Of a stretch of 64,000 bases of DNA, positions 24,872 through 32,198 are shown one piece after another. The first letter of the stretch is position 1; each line of letters opens with the position of its first letter. The notes under the pieces are model-generated. The model saw only the letters and a list, made by a program, of their open reading frames with translations. It was not told where the DNA came from and searched no databases. A program made the position numbers and the translations under genes. Source of the stretch: Patescibacteria group bacterium (GTDB lineage: Bacteria > Patescibacteriota > Patescibacteriia > UBA1558 > UBA10009); assembly GCA_041662565.1 (NCBI GenBank), contig JBAZSE010000001.1, forward strand, positions 257,084-321,083, written 5' to 3'.

Positions 24872-24903
24872 ATATTTTTTTAAATTATTTTCTTTAATTT
24901 TCC

Positions 24904-26289
24904 ATGGCTACTAAAAAAAATACTTCTTCCTCAAAGCTTAAAGAGCAAAAGGGGAAAAGCAAAAAAAACGCCGGTAAAAAAGTTTTTAAAAAAAAGGCCA
25001 AAACAATAAAGGCCAAAGCCAAGCCGGCTAAAAAGGCGGATAAAAAAAAGCCCGCGATTTTTAAATCCAAAAAAGCCAAACAACGCATCATTAAAGCCAA
25101 GCCATTTAAAAAACATTACCGCCTGCCGGAAGTTAAGCATAAAAATGTTCAACCCCAGCAGGATGAAACCACAGTTAAGGGCTTGGATTTGGCAGTTGTT
25201 AGGGCCTTGGAAGAAAAAGGCCGTTTTAGAAGTTTTATTACCGAAGAAGAAGTGCTGTATGTTTTTACCGAAGCTGAAGAATATCTGGATCAGTTAGAAG
25301 AATTTTTAGATCGTTTAAACGAAGCCGGCATTCAAATGGTTTCGCGCGAAGGCGGATTTTTGGGTGAAACGGAAAATATTCCCGTAACTCCGGCCAGCAA
25401 AAAAAAGACCCACGAACTTTCGGCTAAGGAATTGTTGGAACTGCAAAAATTGGATCTAACCGATATTTCTTCCGATTCCATTCAGATGTACCTGCGGGAA
25501 ATCGGCAAGGTTCATTTGCTAACTACCGAAGAAGAAGTGCAATTGGCCAAGCGCAAAGAAAAAGGGGATATGGAAGCCAAGAAAAGGTTGGTTGAAGCCA
25601 ACTTGCGTTTGGTGGTATCCATTGCCAAAAAGTTTACTGGCCGCAGTTTAAGTTTGTTGGATTTAATCCAAGAGGGCAATATTGGCTTATTTAGGGCAGT
25701 AGAAAAATTTGATTATCGCAAAGGTTATAAGTTTTCCACTTACGCTACTTGGTGGATCAGGCAAGCTATTACTCGCGCGCTGGCCGATCAATCTAGAACA
25801 ATCCGCATTCCGGTGCACATGGTAGAAACCATTAATCGTTTCCAACAGGCCGAAAGAAGGTTGATTCAGGATTTAGGCAGAGAGCCAATGCCCGAAGAAA
25901 TTGCCGCGGAAATGGGCGAGGAGCTTGACAAAGTCCGCCAAATCATTAAAATATCACAAGAAACCGTTTCGCTGGAAACATCGGTAGGCGAAGATGACGA
26001 AGATTCCACTTTAGGTGATTTTATAGAGGATGAAAAAACCATTTCACCGGATAAGGTTGCGGCTTTGCAATTGTTAAAAGATCATGTTCAGCAGATTATT
26101 TCTGACCTTACCCCCAGAGAGCAAAAGATTTTGGAAATGCGTTTTGGTCTTTTAGACGGTGTAGCCCATACTTTGGAAGAAGTGGGTCAGGAATTTGGCG
26201 TAACCCGCGAGCGCATTAGGCAAATTGAAGCCAAAGCCCTGGAAAGAATTCAGCATAACACAGGCATGCGTAAATTAAGAGATTATTAA
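24904..26289 (+). CDS. rpoD: RNA polymerase sigma factor RpoD with Lys/Ala-rich N-terminal extension
   Basis: Regions 1.2 through 4.2 are recognisable ([10 protein letters not shown], the [16 protein letters not shown] block, and [22 protein letters not shown]). The first ~60 aa are a KKAK-repeat tail. Confidence 0.92.
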   Translation: MATKKNTSSSKLKEQKGKSKKNAGKKVFKKKAKTIKAKAKPAKKADKKKPAIFKSKKAKQRIIKAKPFKKHYRLPEVKHKNVQPQQDETTVKGLDLAVVRALEEKGRFRSFITEEEVLYVFTEAEEYLDQLEEFLDRLNEAGIQMVSREGGFLGETENIPVTPASKKKTHELSAKELLELQKLDLTDISSDSIQMYLREIGKVHLLTTEEEVQLAKRKEKGDMEAKKRLVEANLRLVVSIAKKFTGRSLSLLDLIQEGNIGLFRAVEKFDYRKGYKFSTYATWWIRQAITRALADQSRTIRIPVHMVETINRFQQAERRLIQDLGREPMPEEIAAEMGEELDKVRQIIKISQETVSLETSVGEDDEDSTLGDFIEDEKTISPDKVAALQLLKDHVQQIISDLTPREQKILEMRFGLLDGVAHTLEEVGQEFGVTRERIRQIEAKALERIQHNTGMRKLRDY

Positions 26290-26462
26290 TTTTATAAAAT
26301 TGTTCATTAAATTGTTGATTTAAAAATCGCCGAGCTCGAAAGGGCGAGGCGAAGAGGAAGAAGTTGATTGAAGCCGGAGTGGCTTCGCGATAAGCGGAGG
26401 CACGGAGGCTGAAAGCAACTTTTGACGATCGGGAGTAGCTCAGTGGTAGAGCAGTTGGCTGT

Positions 26463-27010
26463 GAACACGGTCTTTGCTATAATCAGTTTATGGCTAAAGA
26501 CAAAAGAACCTATCGTGATCGCGCTGAATATCTTAAAAAAGCTGTTGATAAAAGGCGTAAGAGTTTACGTTTAATGGCTGTAAGATATAAAGGCGGCAAG
26601 TGTCAACTTTGCGGATACAAAAAGTGCATTCAAGCATTAGATTTTCATCATTTAGATCCTAAAAAGAAAGATTTTGGAATTTCAGAATCCGGAACAACAA
26701 GATCTTGGATGAAAATTAAAACGGAATTGGATAAATGTCTAATGATTTGTGCTAATTGTCATCGTGAAGTTCATCATGGTAAAACGCAGCTTTTTGCCGT
26801 AAGGCAGATTGAAAAATGAGGTGAACTCGGGGAAGCCTGAAATGGTAATCCCGAGCCAAGCCCTGATCTTGCTTAAGCAAGCGTCGGGGAAGGTGTAGAG
26901 ACTATCCTTAACAGGAGTACCTTGTAATGATTACAAGGGAAGCGCCTCATCTCCTAAAAGTTTTAGGAGAATGATATAGTCCACCCTTTAGAGAAATCTA
27001 GAGACAAGTG
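26463..27010 (+). mobile_element. group I self-splicing intron (~548 nt) carrying an HNH homing-endonuclease ORF
   Basis: The 5-prime exon ends in U and the intron ends in G, as group I splicing requires. R-like (GUAGAGACUAUCC) and S-like (GAUAUAGUCC) elements sit at 26895-26906 and 26973-26982. There is also a CGGGGAAGG P-like element. Confidence 0.55.
26490..26819 (+). CDS. HNH homing endonuclease (intron-encoded)
   Basis: CQLCG...LDFHHLDPKKKD...CANCHREVHHG: the classic HNH His-Asn-His/zinc-finger arrangement. Confidence 0.8.
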   Translation: MAKDKRTYRDRAEYLKKAVDKRRKSLRLMAVRYKGGKCQLCGYKKCIQALDFHHLDPKKKDFGISESGTTRSWMKIKTELDKCLMICANCHREVHHGKTQLFAVRQIEK

Positions 27011-27045
27011 TAACCAATTGGTCGTGGGTTCGAATCCCTCCTCCC

Positions 27046-27115
27046 GAGCCATTAAAAAACCACCAAAGAAATTTGATGGTTTTTTATTATTCCAAGATTA
27101 ACGATATTGAGGGAT
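27046..27115 (+). repeat. 70-bp direct repeat R, copy A (contains a terminator-like hairpin aaccaccaaa/tttgatggtt plus T-run)
   Basis: About 94% identical to 30092-30161. It begins at the GAGCCA 3-prime end of the tRNA. Confidence 0.6.
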
Positions 27116-27272
27116 TCGAACGGGCAGAAGCGAGGCAAGCCCTCAGGGCGCAGATGAGCGTCGACAAAAGCGACCAATCGGAAGCTTTTGGCGCTGCCCA
27201 GGACAACGAGACCCGCAAAGCGGGGCGAGGCGGAAATCTTTACCCGCCTTTGGCTGGCCTCCTCCCGAGCCA
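27111..27272 (+). ncRNA. GC-rich structured element ending in a second copy of the tRNA 3-prime end (GGCCTCCTCCCGAGCCA). Candidate small RNA or att-site remnant. It contains a tmRNA-like GGAUUCGAACGGG motif.
   Basis: About 60% GC in a 37% GC genome. It starts with GAGGGATTCGAACGGG, which resembles the conserved tmRNA 5-prime motif, and ends with a 17-nt match to the tRNA acceptor/CCA end followed by a terminator hairpin. Confidence 0.2.
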
Positions 27273-27360
27273 GTAAAAGTGCATCAACGATTGTTGGTGC
27301 TTTTTTAATAAATAAGCTTTTAAAAACCACAAAAATATGATAACATGTATTTAATAAAAA

Positions 27361-28620
27361 ATGCTTGAACAGGCAAATTGTATGAGAAATGTTTTTATAA
27401 AATTTATCCCTTTTTGGATTTTTCTAATTATCTATAAGCTAGGAGGCAGTTTGCACTATTCCTTAATCTCACCTCTTGGGGAAAGGCTTTTACCTTTATG
27501 GATTGTCGGGCTTTTAATGGGCGGCAGCTCAATTATCCAAATGTTGCTTGATGTTCCGGCAGGTCATTTTTTGGATCGCTTTGGTTATCTTAAACTGTTA
27601 AAACTAACGACTTTTATTTTTCTCTTTGCCGGCATTGCCTTTATTTTTAATTTTACCATTGCCACTTATATTATTAGCCTGATAGCCGCCACTTTCGGTT
27701 GGGTGTTGTTTGGTCCCGGAGTTAACGCCTATATTCTTTCTCAGGCACCTAAAAAAAATTCCGGCACTTTCATCTCCTTTAGGGATATTTTCGGCTCAGC
27801 TGGTGTTTTTCTGGCCAGCGCCGTTTTAGGCCTAGTACTTGCCTTAACTCCGACCACCATAGGAACAATAATATTCGCCATAATGCTGGCGGCACTGGCA
27901 GCGCTTTACTTTAGCCCTCCAGATACCATTTCTGTTCATCATGAACAAAAACTCCCCACACAACATCATTATATAAGAAGAAATTATCCTCATAAACTTT
28001 TGCCTATTTTAAAAAAGCTTAATCCGGCTAGTTCCATGCTTTTGCTAACAGGACTTACTTCTTCTATTTTTTACGGCGTCATCTGGTTTGTAGTGCCTAT
28101 AGTAATTGCCAATAGCGCTAACTCGGGCTTGCTCAGTATCGGTCTAGGTATTTTTGATTTTGCCATAGTAGCGCTTGGATTTCTATTAGGTAAGATGGCG
28201 GACAAAGGCAATAAAAGAACGCTGGTCTTTTTTGGATTGTTATTGTTTGCCGTATCGGGAATTCTGATCGGTTTTAATTTTAACTGGCTGTTCCTGGTTT
28301 TGGGATTTTTAGCTACCACTGGCGACGAAATGGCAAGCATTTCCTTATGGTCATGGTTGCATAGTTTAGATAAAGAACACGCTAATGATGGCCTGCTTTC
28401 CGGCGCCATTAACCTTTTTCAAGATTTGGGCTGGGCCATCGGACCGATTATTTCTGGATTTCTTTTTACCTTGATCGGGCCTTCATGGACTATTATGTTT
28501 TCAGCTGTCTTGTTATTCGCCACTTGGATTGTTTACCAATTTTTAATCAAACAGCACCGCCTGTCTTCAACCGGAATTGATATTCCTAAAAAGCCGCATC
28601 GAGCCAGGCATCATGTGTAA
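27361..28620 (+). CDS. MFS transporter
   Basis: 419 aa, 12 predicted TM helices, and an MFS-like loop motif (GHFLDRFGY). Confidence 0.75.
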   Translation: MLEQANCMRNVFIKFIPFWIFLIIYKLGGSLHYSLISPLGERLLPLWIVGLLMGGSSIIQMLLDVPAGHFLDRFGYLKLLKLTTFIFLFAGIAFIFNFTIATYIISLIAATFGWVLFGPGVNAYILSQAPKKNSGTFISFRDIFGSAGVFLASAVLGLVLALTPTTIGTIIFAIMLAALAALYFSPPDTISVHHEQKLPTQHHYIRRNYPHKLLPILKKLNPASSMLLLTGLTSSIFYGVIWFVVPIVIANSANSGLLSIGLGIFDFAIVALGFLLGKMADKGNKRTLVFFGLLLFAVSGILIGFNFNWLFLVLGFLATTGDEMASISLWSWLHSLDKEHANDGLLSGAINLFQDLGWAIGPIISGFLFTLIGPSWTIMFSAVLLFATWIVYQFLIKQHRLSSTGIDIPKKPHRARHHV

Positions 28621-28785
28621 GAAAAAGATATTTCACAATTTGTATAATAAGTTATAACCTCGTCTACTATGGTGAGCCACTAAAAAGGCCTTATTTTATA
28701 GGGCTTTTTTGATTGACCGCAAAAGGGATTAGAACTTTTCATAATTATCAAAATATGATAATCTATCTTTATAAGTATATCCAAT

Positions 28786-29640
28786 ATGAAAAATATTATT
28801 ATAGAAAAACCAATAAATGATTCCCTGCCAGCTCAATTATTATCTTTATATAATGCATTTAAAAATATTAAGGATGGCGAAGATTTAAATTTTGATTTGA
28901 ATAAACTGGTTTGGGTTAGTCCATTGTTGGTTTTACCTATCAGTGCTTACATCGGTTCAACTAACAGTAGTTATAATTTAGATAACTGTTCGGTTAAAGA
29001 ATATCTAAGTATAATTAATTTTCCAAAAGGAATTGATTCGGTATCGTCTTTAGACGAGGCTATGCAAATAAATAAAAGTTATATTCCGATTGGTAAATTA
29101 ATAAAAAATCTAGGCATAGAACGGGAGCGCCTGGAGTCTATGTTTAGTAAAATGATCTATAAAGTAGTTGATACTTCTGCGCAAGGAGCCAGAAGTGCGA
29201 TTTACTATCCTATTGAGGAATTGGTTGGTAATATTTTTGAGCATAGTAAAAAAGAGGAGGGTTTTATCTTTGGGCAGTATTACCCAAAAAAAGAATACCT
29301 GGATATTTGTATCGTTGATAGAGGCCGAGGATTAAAAGGTTCTTATAAAGAAGAGCAAAATATAATAATTACCGATGCAGAAGCTATTAACAGAGTGATG
29401 AGCGGTCATTCCGTTAAATCGGATATAGAGAGAGGTTATGGTGTTAGAACTTCTAAACGTGTAGTGTGCGAAGGTTTGGGAGGAAGTTTTATATTATTAT
29501 CAGGATCAGTCGCTTTAATTTCTTCCCAAAATCAAGACAAAATAGTTGAATTGCCAAATTTTTATTGGCAAGGTGTAATTGTTGCGTATCGAATTCCAAA
29601 ACCAATCAAATCATTTGATATTTCTAAGTATGTGGAATAG
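28786..29640 (+). CDS. GHKL/histidine-kinase-like ATPase domain protein (no HisKA domain)
   Basis: N-box-like ELVGNIFEHS, the G1 motif DRGRGL, and the G2 motif GYGVRTS in the C-terminal half. Confidence 0.5.
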   Translation: MKNIIIEKPINDSLPAQLLSLYNAFKNIKDGEDLNFDLNKLVWVSPLLVLPISAYIGSTNSSYNLDNCSVKEYLSIINFPKGIDSVSSLDEAMQINKSYIPIGKLIKNLGIERERLESMFSKMIYKVVDTSAQGARSAIYYPIEELVGNIFEHSKKEEGFIFGQYYPKKEYLDICIVDRGRGLKGSYKEEQNIIITDAEAINRVMSGHSVKSDIERGYGVRTSKRVVCEGLGGSFILLSGSVALISSQNQDKIVELPNFYWQGVIVAYRIPKPIKSFDISKYVE

Positions 29641-29678
29641 TATTACAAGTTATGTTATACTAAAAAAAGAGGAGAAAT

Positions 29679-30026
29679 ATGGAAAAAATTACTAAAAACA
29701 CTATAAAAATAGCCGATTTAGTCGCCCCTGTAATTAGCTCCAGGGATATAGCTCTTATTCTTAAGAGTAGTATTTTAAAGTCTAATTTCTCTATAGTTGA
29801 GTTGGATTTTTCTAATGTTGAATTTATTTCCAGGTCCGCCGCTCACAGCTTGATTTTAATGAAAGAAGATTTAAAAAGAAGATTTTTTAAAAAGAGAGAT
29901 GTAATTCTTGTTAATACCAATGAAGAGGTTAGTAAAATGTTGCGTATAATTGCGGCTAATAGAGTTTCCCCTAAATCCAAGCCCAATTTTAAAGCTGAAA
30001 AAATAGATATAACAACCTTGGCTTAA
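29679..30026 (+). CDS. STAS-like (DUF4325-like) small protein, partner of the upstream GHKL ATPase
   Basis: 115 aa with ELDFSNVEFISRSAAHSL, resembling anti-sigma-antagonist/STAS-like folds. It is probably translationally coupled to the GHKL ATPase gene, with a 38-bp gap. Confidence 0.4.
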   Translation: MEKITKNTIKIADLVAPVISSRDIALILKSSILKSNFSIVELDFSNVEFISRSAAHSLILMKEDLKRRFFKKRDVILVNTNEEVSKMLRIIAANRVSPKSKPNFKAEKIDITTLA

Positions 30027-30091
30027 ATTTCGGGTATAAAAATATAACCCTTTTTCTCCTTAAATACCGTTATAATATCGTTGACTAAGCG

Positions 30092-30161
30092 GAGCCATTA
30101 AAAAACCACCAAAGAAATTTGATGGTTTTTTATTATTCCGAGATTAATGATATTAAGGGAT
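30092..30161 (+). repeat. 70-bp direct repeat R, copy B, followed (30186-30205) by a third 20-nt tRNA-3-prime-end mimic GAATCCCTCCTCCCGAGCCA
   Basis: Sequence identity with 27046-27115. The 20-mer is identical to tRNA positions 27032-27051. Confidence 0.6.
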
Positions 30162-30251
30162 GAGAAGTTTACACCTCGGAGGGGTGAATCCCTCCTCCCG
30201 AGCCATCAAAAAACATTAGTGAAAACTAGTGTTTTTTGTTATAATGTTTCT

Positions 30252-30428
30252 ATGAATAAAAACAGATTACTATATTTAATTCTCGGCATATTAGCCATAT
30301 TATTCGGAGCATTTCTGTTTGTTTATGGTGAATTTGACGATAGTCCTGGAGGACAAGTGATTGGCCTCGTATTGGCTATTACCGGCATTGTAGTTATTAT
30401 TAAGAGCAGGAAGCAAAATTTTAGCTAA
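30252..30428 (+). CDS. small 2-TM membrane protein
   Basis: MNKNRLLYLILGILAILFGAFLF... The ORF track extends further upstream into the repeat, but the internal ATG start is more plausible. Confidence 0.3.
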   Translation: MNKNRLLYLILGILAILFGAFLFVYGEFDDSPGGQVIGLVLAITGIVVIIKSRKQNFS

Positions 30429-30521
30429 GCTAAATCAGATCTAATTTTGTTTTAGGGGGCAAATCATAAGCCCAGGTTATTTAAAAGTACATTAAAGAAT
30501 TTTAGCGTACTTTTTTGTTTG

Positions 30522-30550
30522 TTTGACACTATATTATAAGGGTAGTATAA
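30522..30550 (+). promoter_or_regulatory. consensus sigma70 promoter TTGACA-17-TATAAT
   Basis: Perfect hexamers preceded by a hairpin terminator (30482-30516), upstream of ORF 30658-30984. Confidence 0.5.
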
Positions 30551-30657
30551 TAAGGATAGTATAACTTTAGGATTATTAAATCTTCTTTTCCATTGGTATG
30601 TGGACAAGCTAATGGATTGGCTGATAAATTATTTTATTATTAATAACAAATATCTAT

Positions 30658-30984
30658 ATGGAAAATAAATTCAAAAAAGGCCTTATCTTGGGCGGATTGC
30701 TCGCTGTTGGCGCGGCCATTGGCTTTGCTTTAACCAAAGAAGGCCAAGAATTAACCGAAGAATTGCAAAAAGACGTTAAAACTTTGGCTAAGCATTTAAA
30801 AAAGAATCTTGGCGATTTGGAAGATGTTACCAAAGAAAACTTTAATGAATTGGTGGATAACTTGGTTGAAGAGTATGCCGCCAAGCATGAACTGGCTGCT
30901 GAAGCCAAAATTTCCTTAATTAAGGCCTTACAAGCCAAATGGCATGAAATGGAAGAAGAATATTTGTCCGAGCAAGATAAATAA
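30658..30984 (+). CDS. YtxH-like/DUF948-like small protein (N-terminal TM, coiled-coil)
   Basis: N-terminal GLILGGLLAVGAAIGFAL followed by a charged helical region. Confidence 0.35.
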   Translation: MENKFKKGLILGGLLAVGAAIGFALTKEGQELTEELQKDVKTLAKHLKKNLGDLEDVTKENFNELVDNLVEEYAAKHELAAEAKISLIKALQAKWHEMEEEYLSEQDK

Positions 30985-31077
30985 AAGACGTAAGATTAAA
31001 AATAGGCAATTATAAAACCCGGATCTTTTAAGATCTGGGTTTTTTAAAGTTACAGAAAAGTGATAGGGATAACAAAT

Positions 31078-31287
31078 TTATTTTAACAACTCGTCTATGG
31101 TGCAACGTAAGGCGTCAGAAATCCTTTTAACGGTTTCTACTCGGGGATCCAGGGTAGCGCCGGATTCAATTTTAGTTATGGTATAAAGAGTTACGCCCGC
31201 TAACTTAGAGAGTTTATCTTGAGACAAACCGGCCTTTAAGCGGTATTTTTTGATATTTCTGGCAATAGAAATAGTGATTTCCGGCAT
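31078..31287 (-). CDS. XRE-family HTH transcriptional regulator
   Basis: 69 aa with IKKYRLKAGLSQDKLSKLAGVTLYTITKIESG, the Cro/C1 HTH pattern. Confidence 0.8.
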   Translation of the reverse strand: MPEITISIARNIKKYRLKAGLSQDKLSKLAGVTLYTITKIESGATLDPRVETVKRISDALRCTIDELLK

Positions 31288-31498
31288 ATGTTTGACAGTT
31301 TATTAATTTAATGGTAAAATTATACTATACTTATTTTATATATATTATTGTACTACCAAAATTATAATAGTAGTAAATCACCCTTTTTACCGATTTTTAA
31401 TTTAAGAAATACTAAACTAATATTAGTTTACATTAATTAAACTAAAAAAACAAGACCTAACTCCCTTATAAGTAAAAAATTAAAATTAGCTCAAGGAG

Positions 31499-32080
31499 GT
31501 GAAAAATATGGTAAATAATAAAGTAGATGAAAATATCAAAGAGTCAAAAGAAGTCGCCTTGCATTACATGAAAACATTAGTCGAGGTTGCCAGGGAATCT
31601 TTTTTAATTCTTGATTCCGAGCTTAGGGTTGTTTCGGCCAACCCGACTTTTTATCAGAGTTTTAAGGTTTCAGAAAAAGAAACCGAAAATATGCTTCTTT
31701 ATAATTTAGGCAATGGGCAATGGGATATTGTTGAACTTAAAAAATTATTGGAAGAAATTCTTCCGGAAAATAATGTAATTAAGGATTATGAAGTTACGCA
31801 TGTTTTTGAAAATATCGGACAAAAAACAATTGTGCTTAATGCCAGGCAAATTGATTCGGTGCAATTGATTATTTTGGCTATGGAAGATGTAACTGCTAAA
31901 AATCAGTTGGAACATAAATTATCCGAGTATACTAAAAATCTGGAAATTAAAATCGCTGAGCGGACCAAGCAGCTTACCATCAAAGTTAAGGAACTGGAAG
32001 ATCTTAATAAAAGCATGGTTGGCAGAGAAATAAAAATGGTTGAACTGCAGAAAACAATTGAAGAGTTGAAGAAAGATTAA
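31499..32080 (+). CDS. PAS-domain protein with C-terminal coiled coil
   Basis: PAS-like fold pattern in residues about 20-130, followed by a heptad-rich tail. Confidence 0.45.
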   Translation: MKNMVNNKVDENIKESKEVALHYMKTLVEVARESFLILDSELRVVSANPTFYQSFKVSEKETENMLLYNLGNGQWDIVELKKLLEEILPENNVIKDYEVTHVFENIGQKTIVLNARQIDSVQLIILAMEDVTAKNQLEHKLSEYTKNLEIKIAERTKQLTIKVKELEDLNKSMVGREIKMVELQKTIEELKKD

Positions 32081-32198
32081 TAACATTCAAAAAAACAGCT
32101 CGGGTTTTACTTTAACAAAAATTGAAGCTGTTTTGTTTATAATTTTTTGGTTTAAATTGAGGTTTTTTGAAATCTAAAAAAGTGGTATAATATGAAAT

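Larger units (their letters stand above)
26429..27051 (+). tRNA. tRNA (most likely Asn, anticodon GUU) interrupted in the anticodon loop by a group I intron
   Basis: 5-prime exon 26429-26462: TCGGGAG-TA-GCTCAGTGGTAGAGC-A-GTTGG-CTGT. 3-prime exon 27011-27051: TAA-CCAAT-TGGTC-GTGGG-TTCGAAT-CCCTC-CTCCCGA-G-CCA. Together they give a complete cloverleaf with anticodon loop CTGTTAA. Confidence 0.6.

Noticed and set aside
24894-25152. Minus-strand ORFs 24894-25100 and 24931-25152
   Set aside because: Antisense of the poly-Lys (AAA/AAG-rich) tail of rpoD, which yields Phe/Leu-rich pseudo-ORFs.
27111-27272. Calling a bona fide tmRNA (ssrA) gene
   Set aside because: The GGAUUCGAACGGG motif and the CCA-terminated end are present, but no 5-prime acceptor strand complementary to the 3-prime end was found. 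The element is about 160 nt, against the usual 300-400 nt. Kept only as a low-confidence candidate.
27052-27330. ORFs 27052-27330 (-) and 27073-27276 (+) over the repeat/GC-rich element
   Set aside because: The region is composed of direct repeats, tRNA-end mimics and hairpins. Coding is unlikely, although a tmRNA-like tag frame was considered in the findings.
30147-30251. N-terminal extension of ORF 30147-30428 (MILRDEKFTPRRGESLLPSHQ...)
   Set aside because: This part is the translation of the tRNA-3-prime-end mimic/repeat sequence. The internal ATG at 30252 with a hydrophobic product is more plausible.
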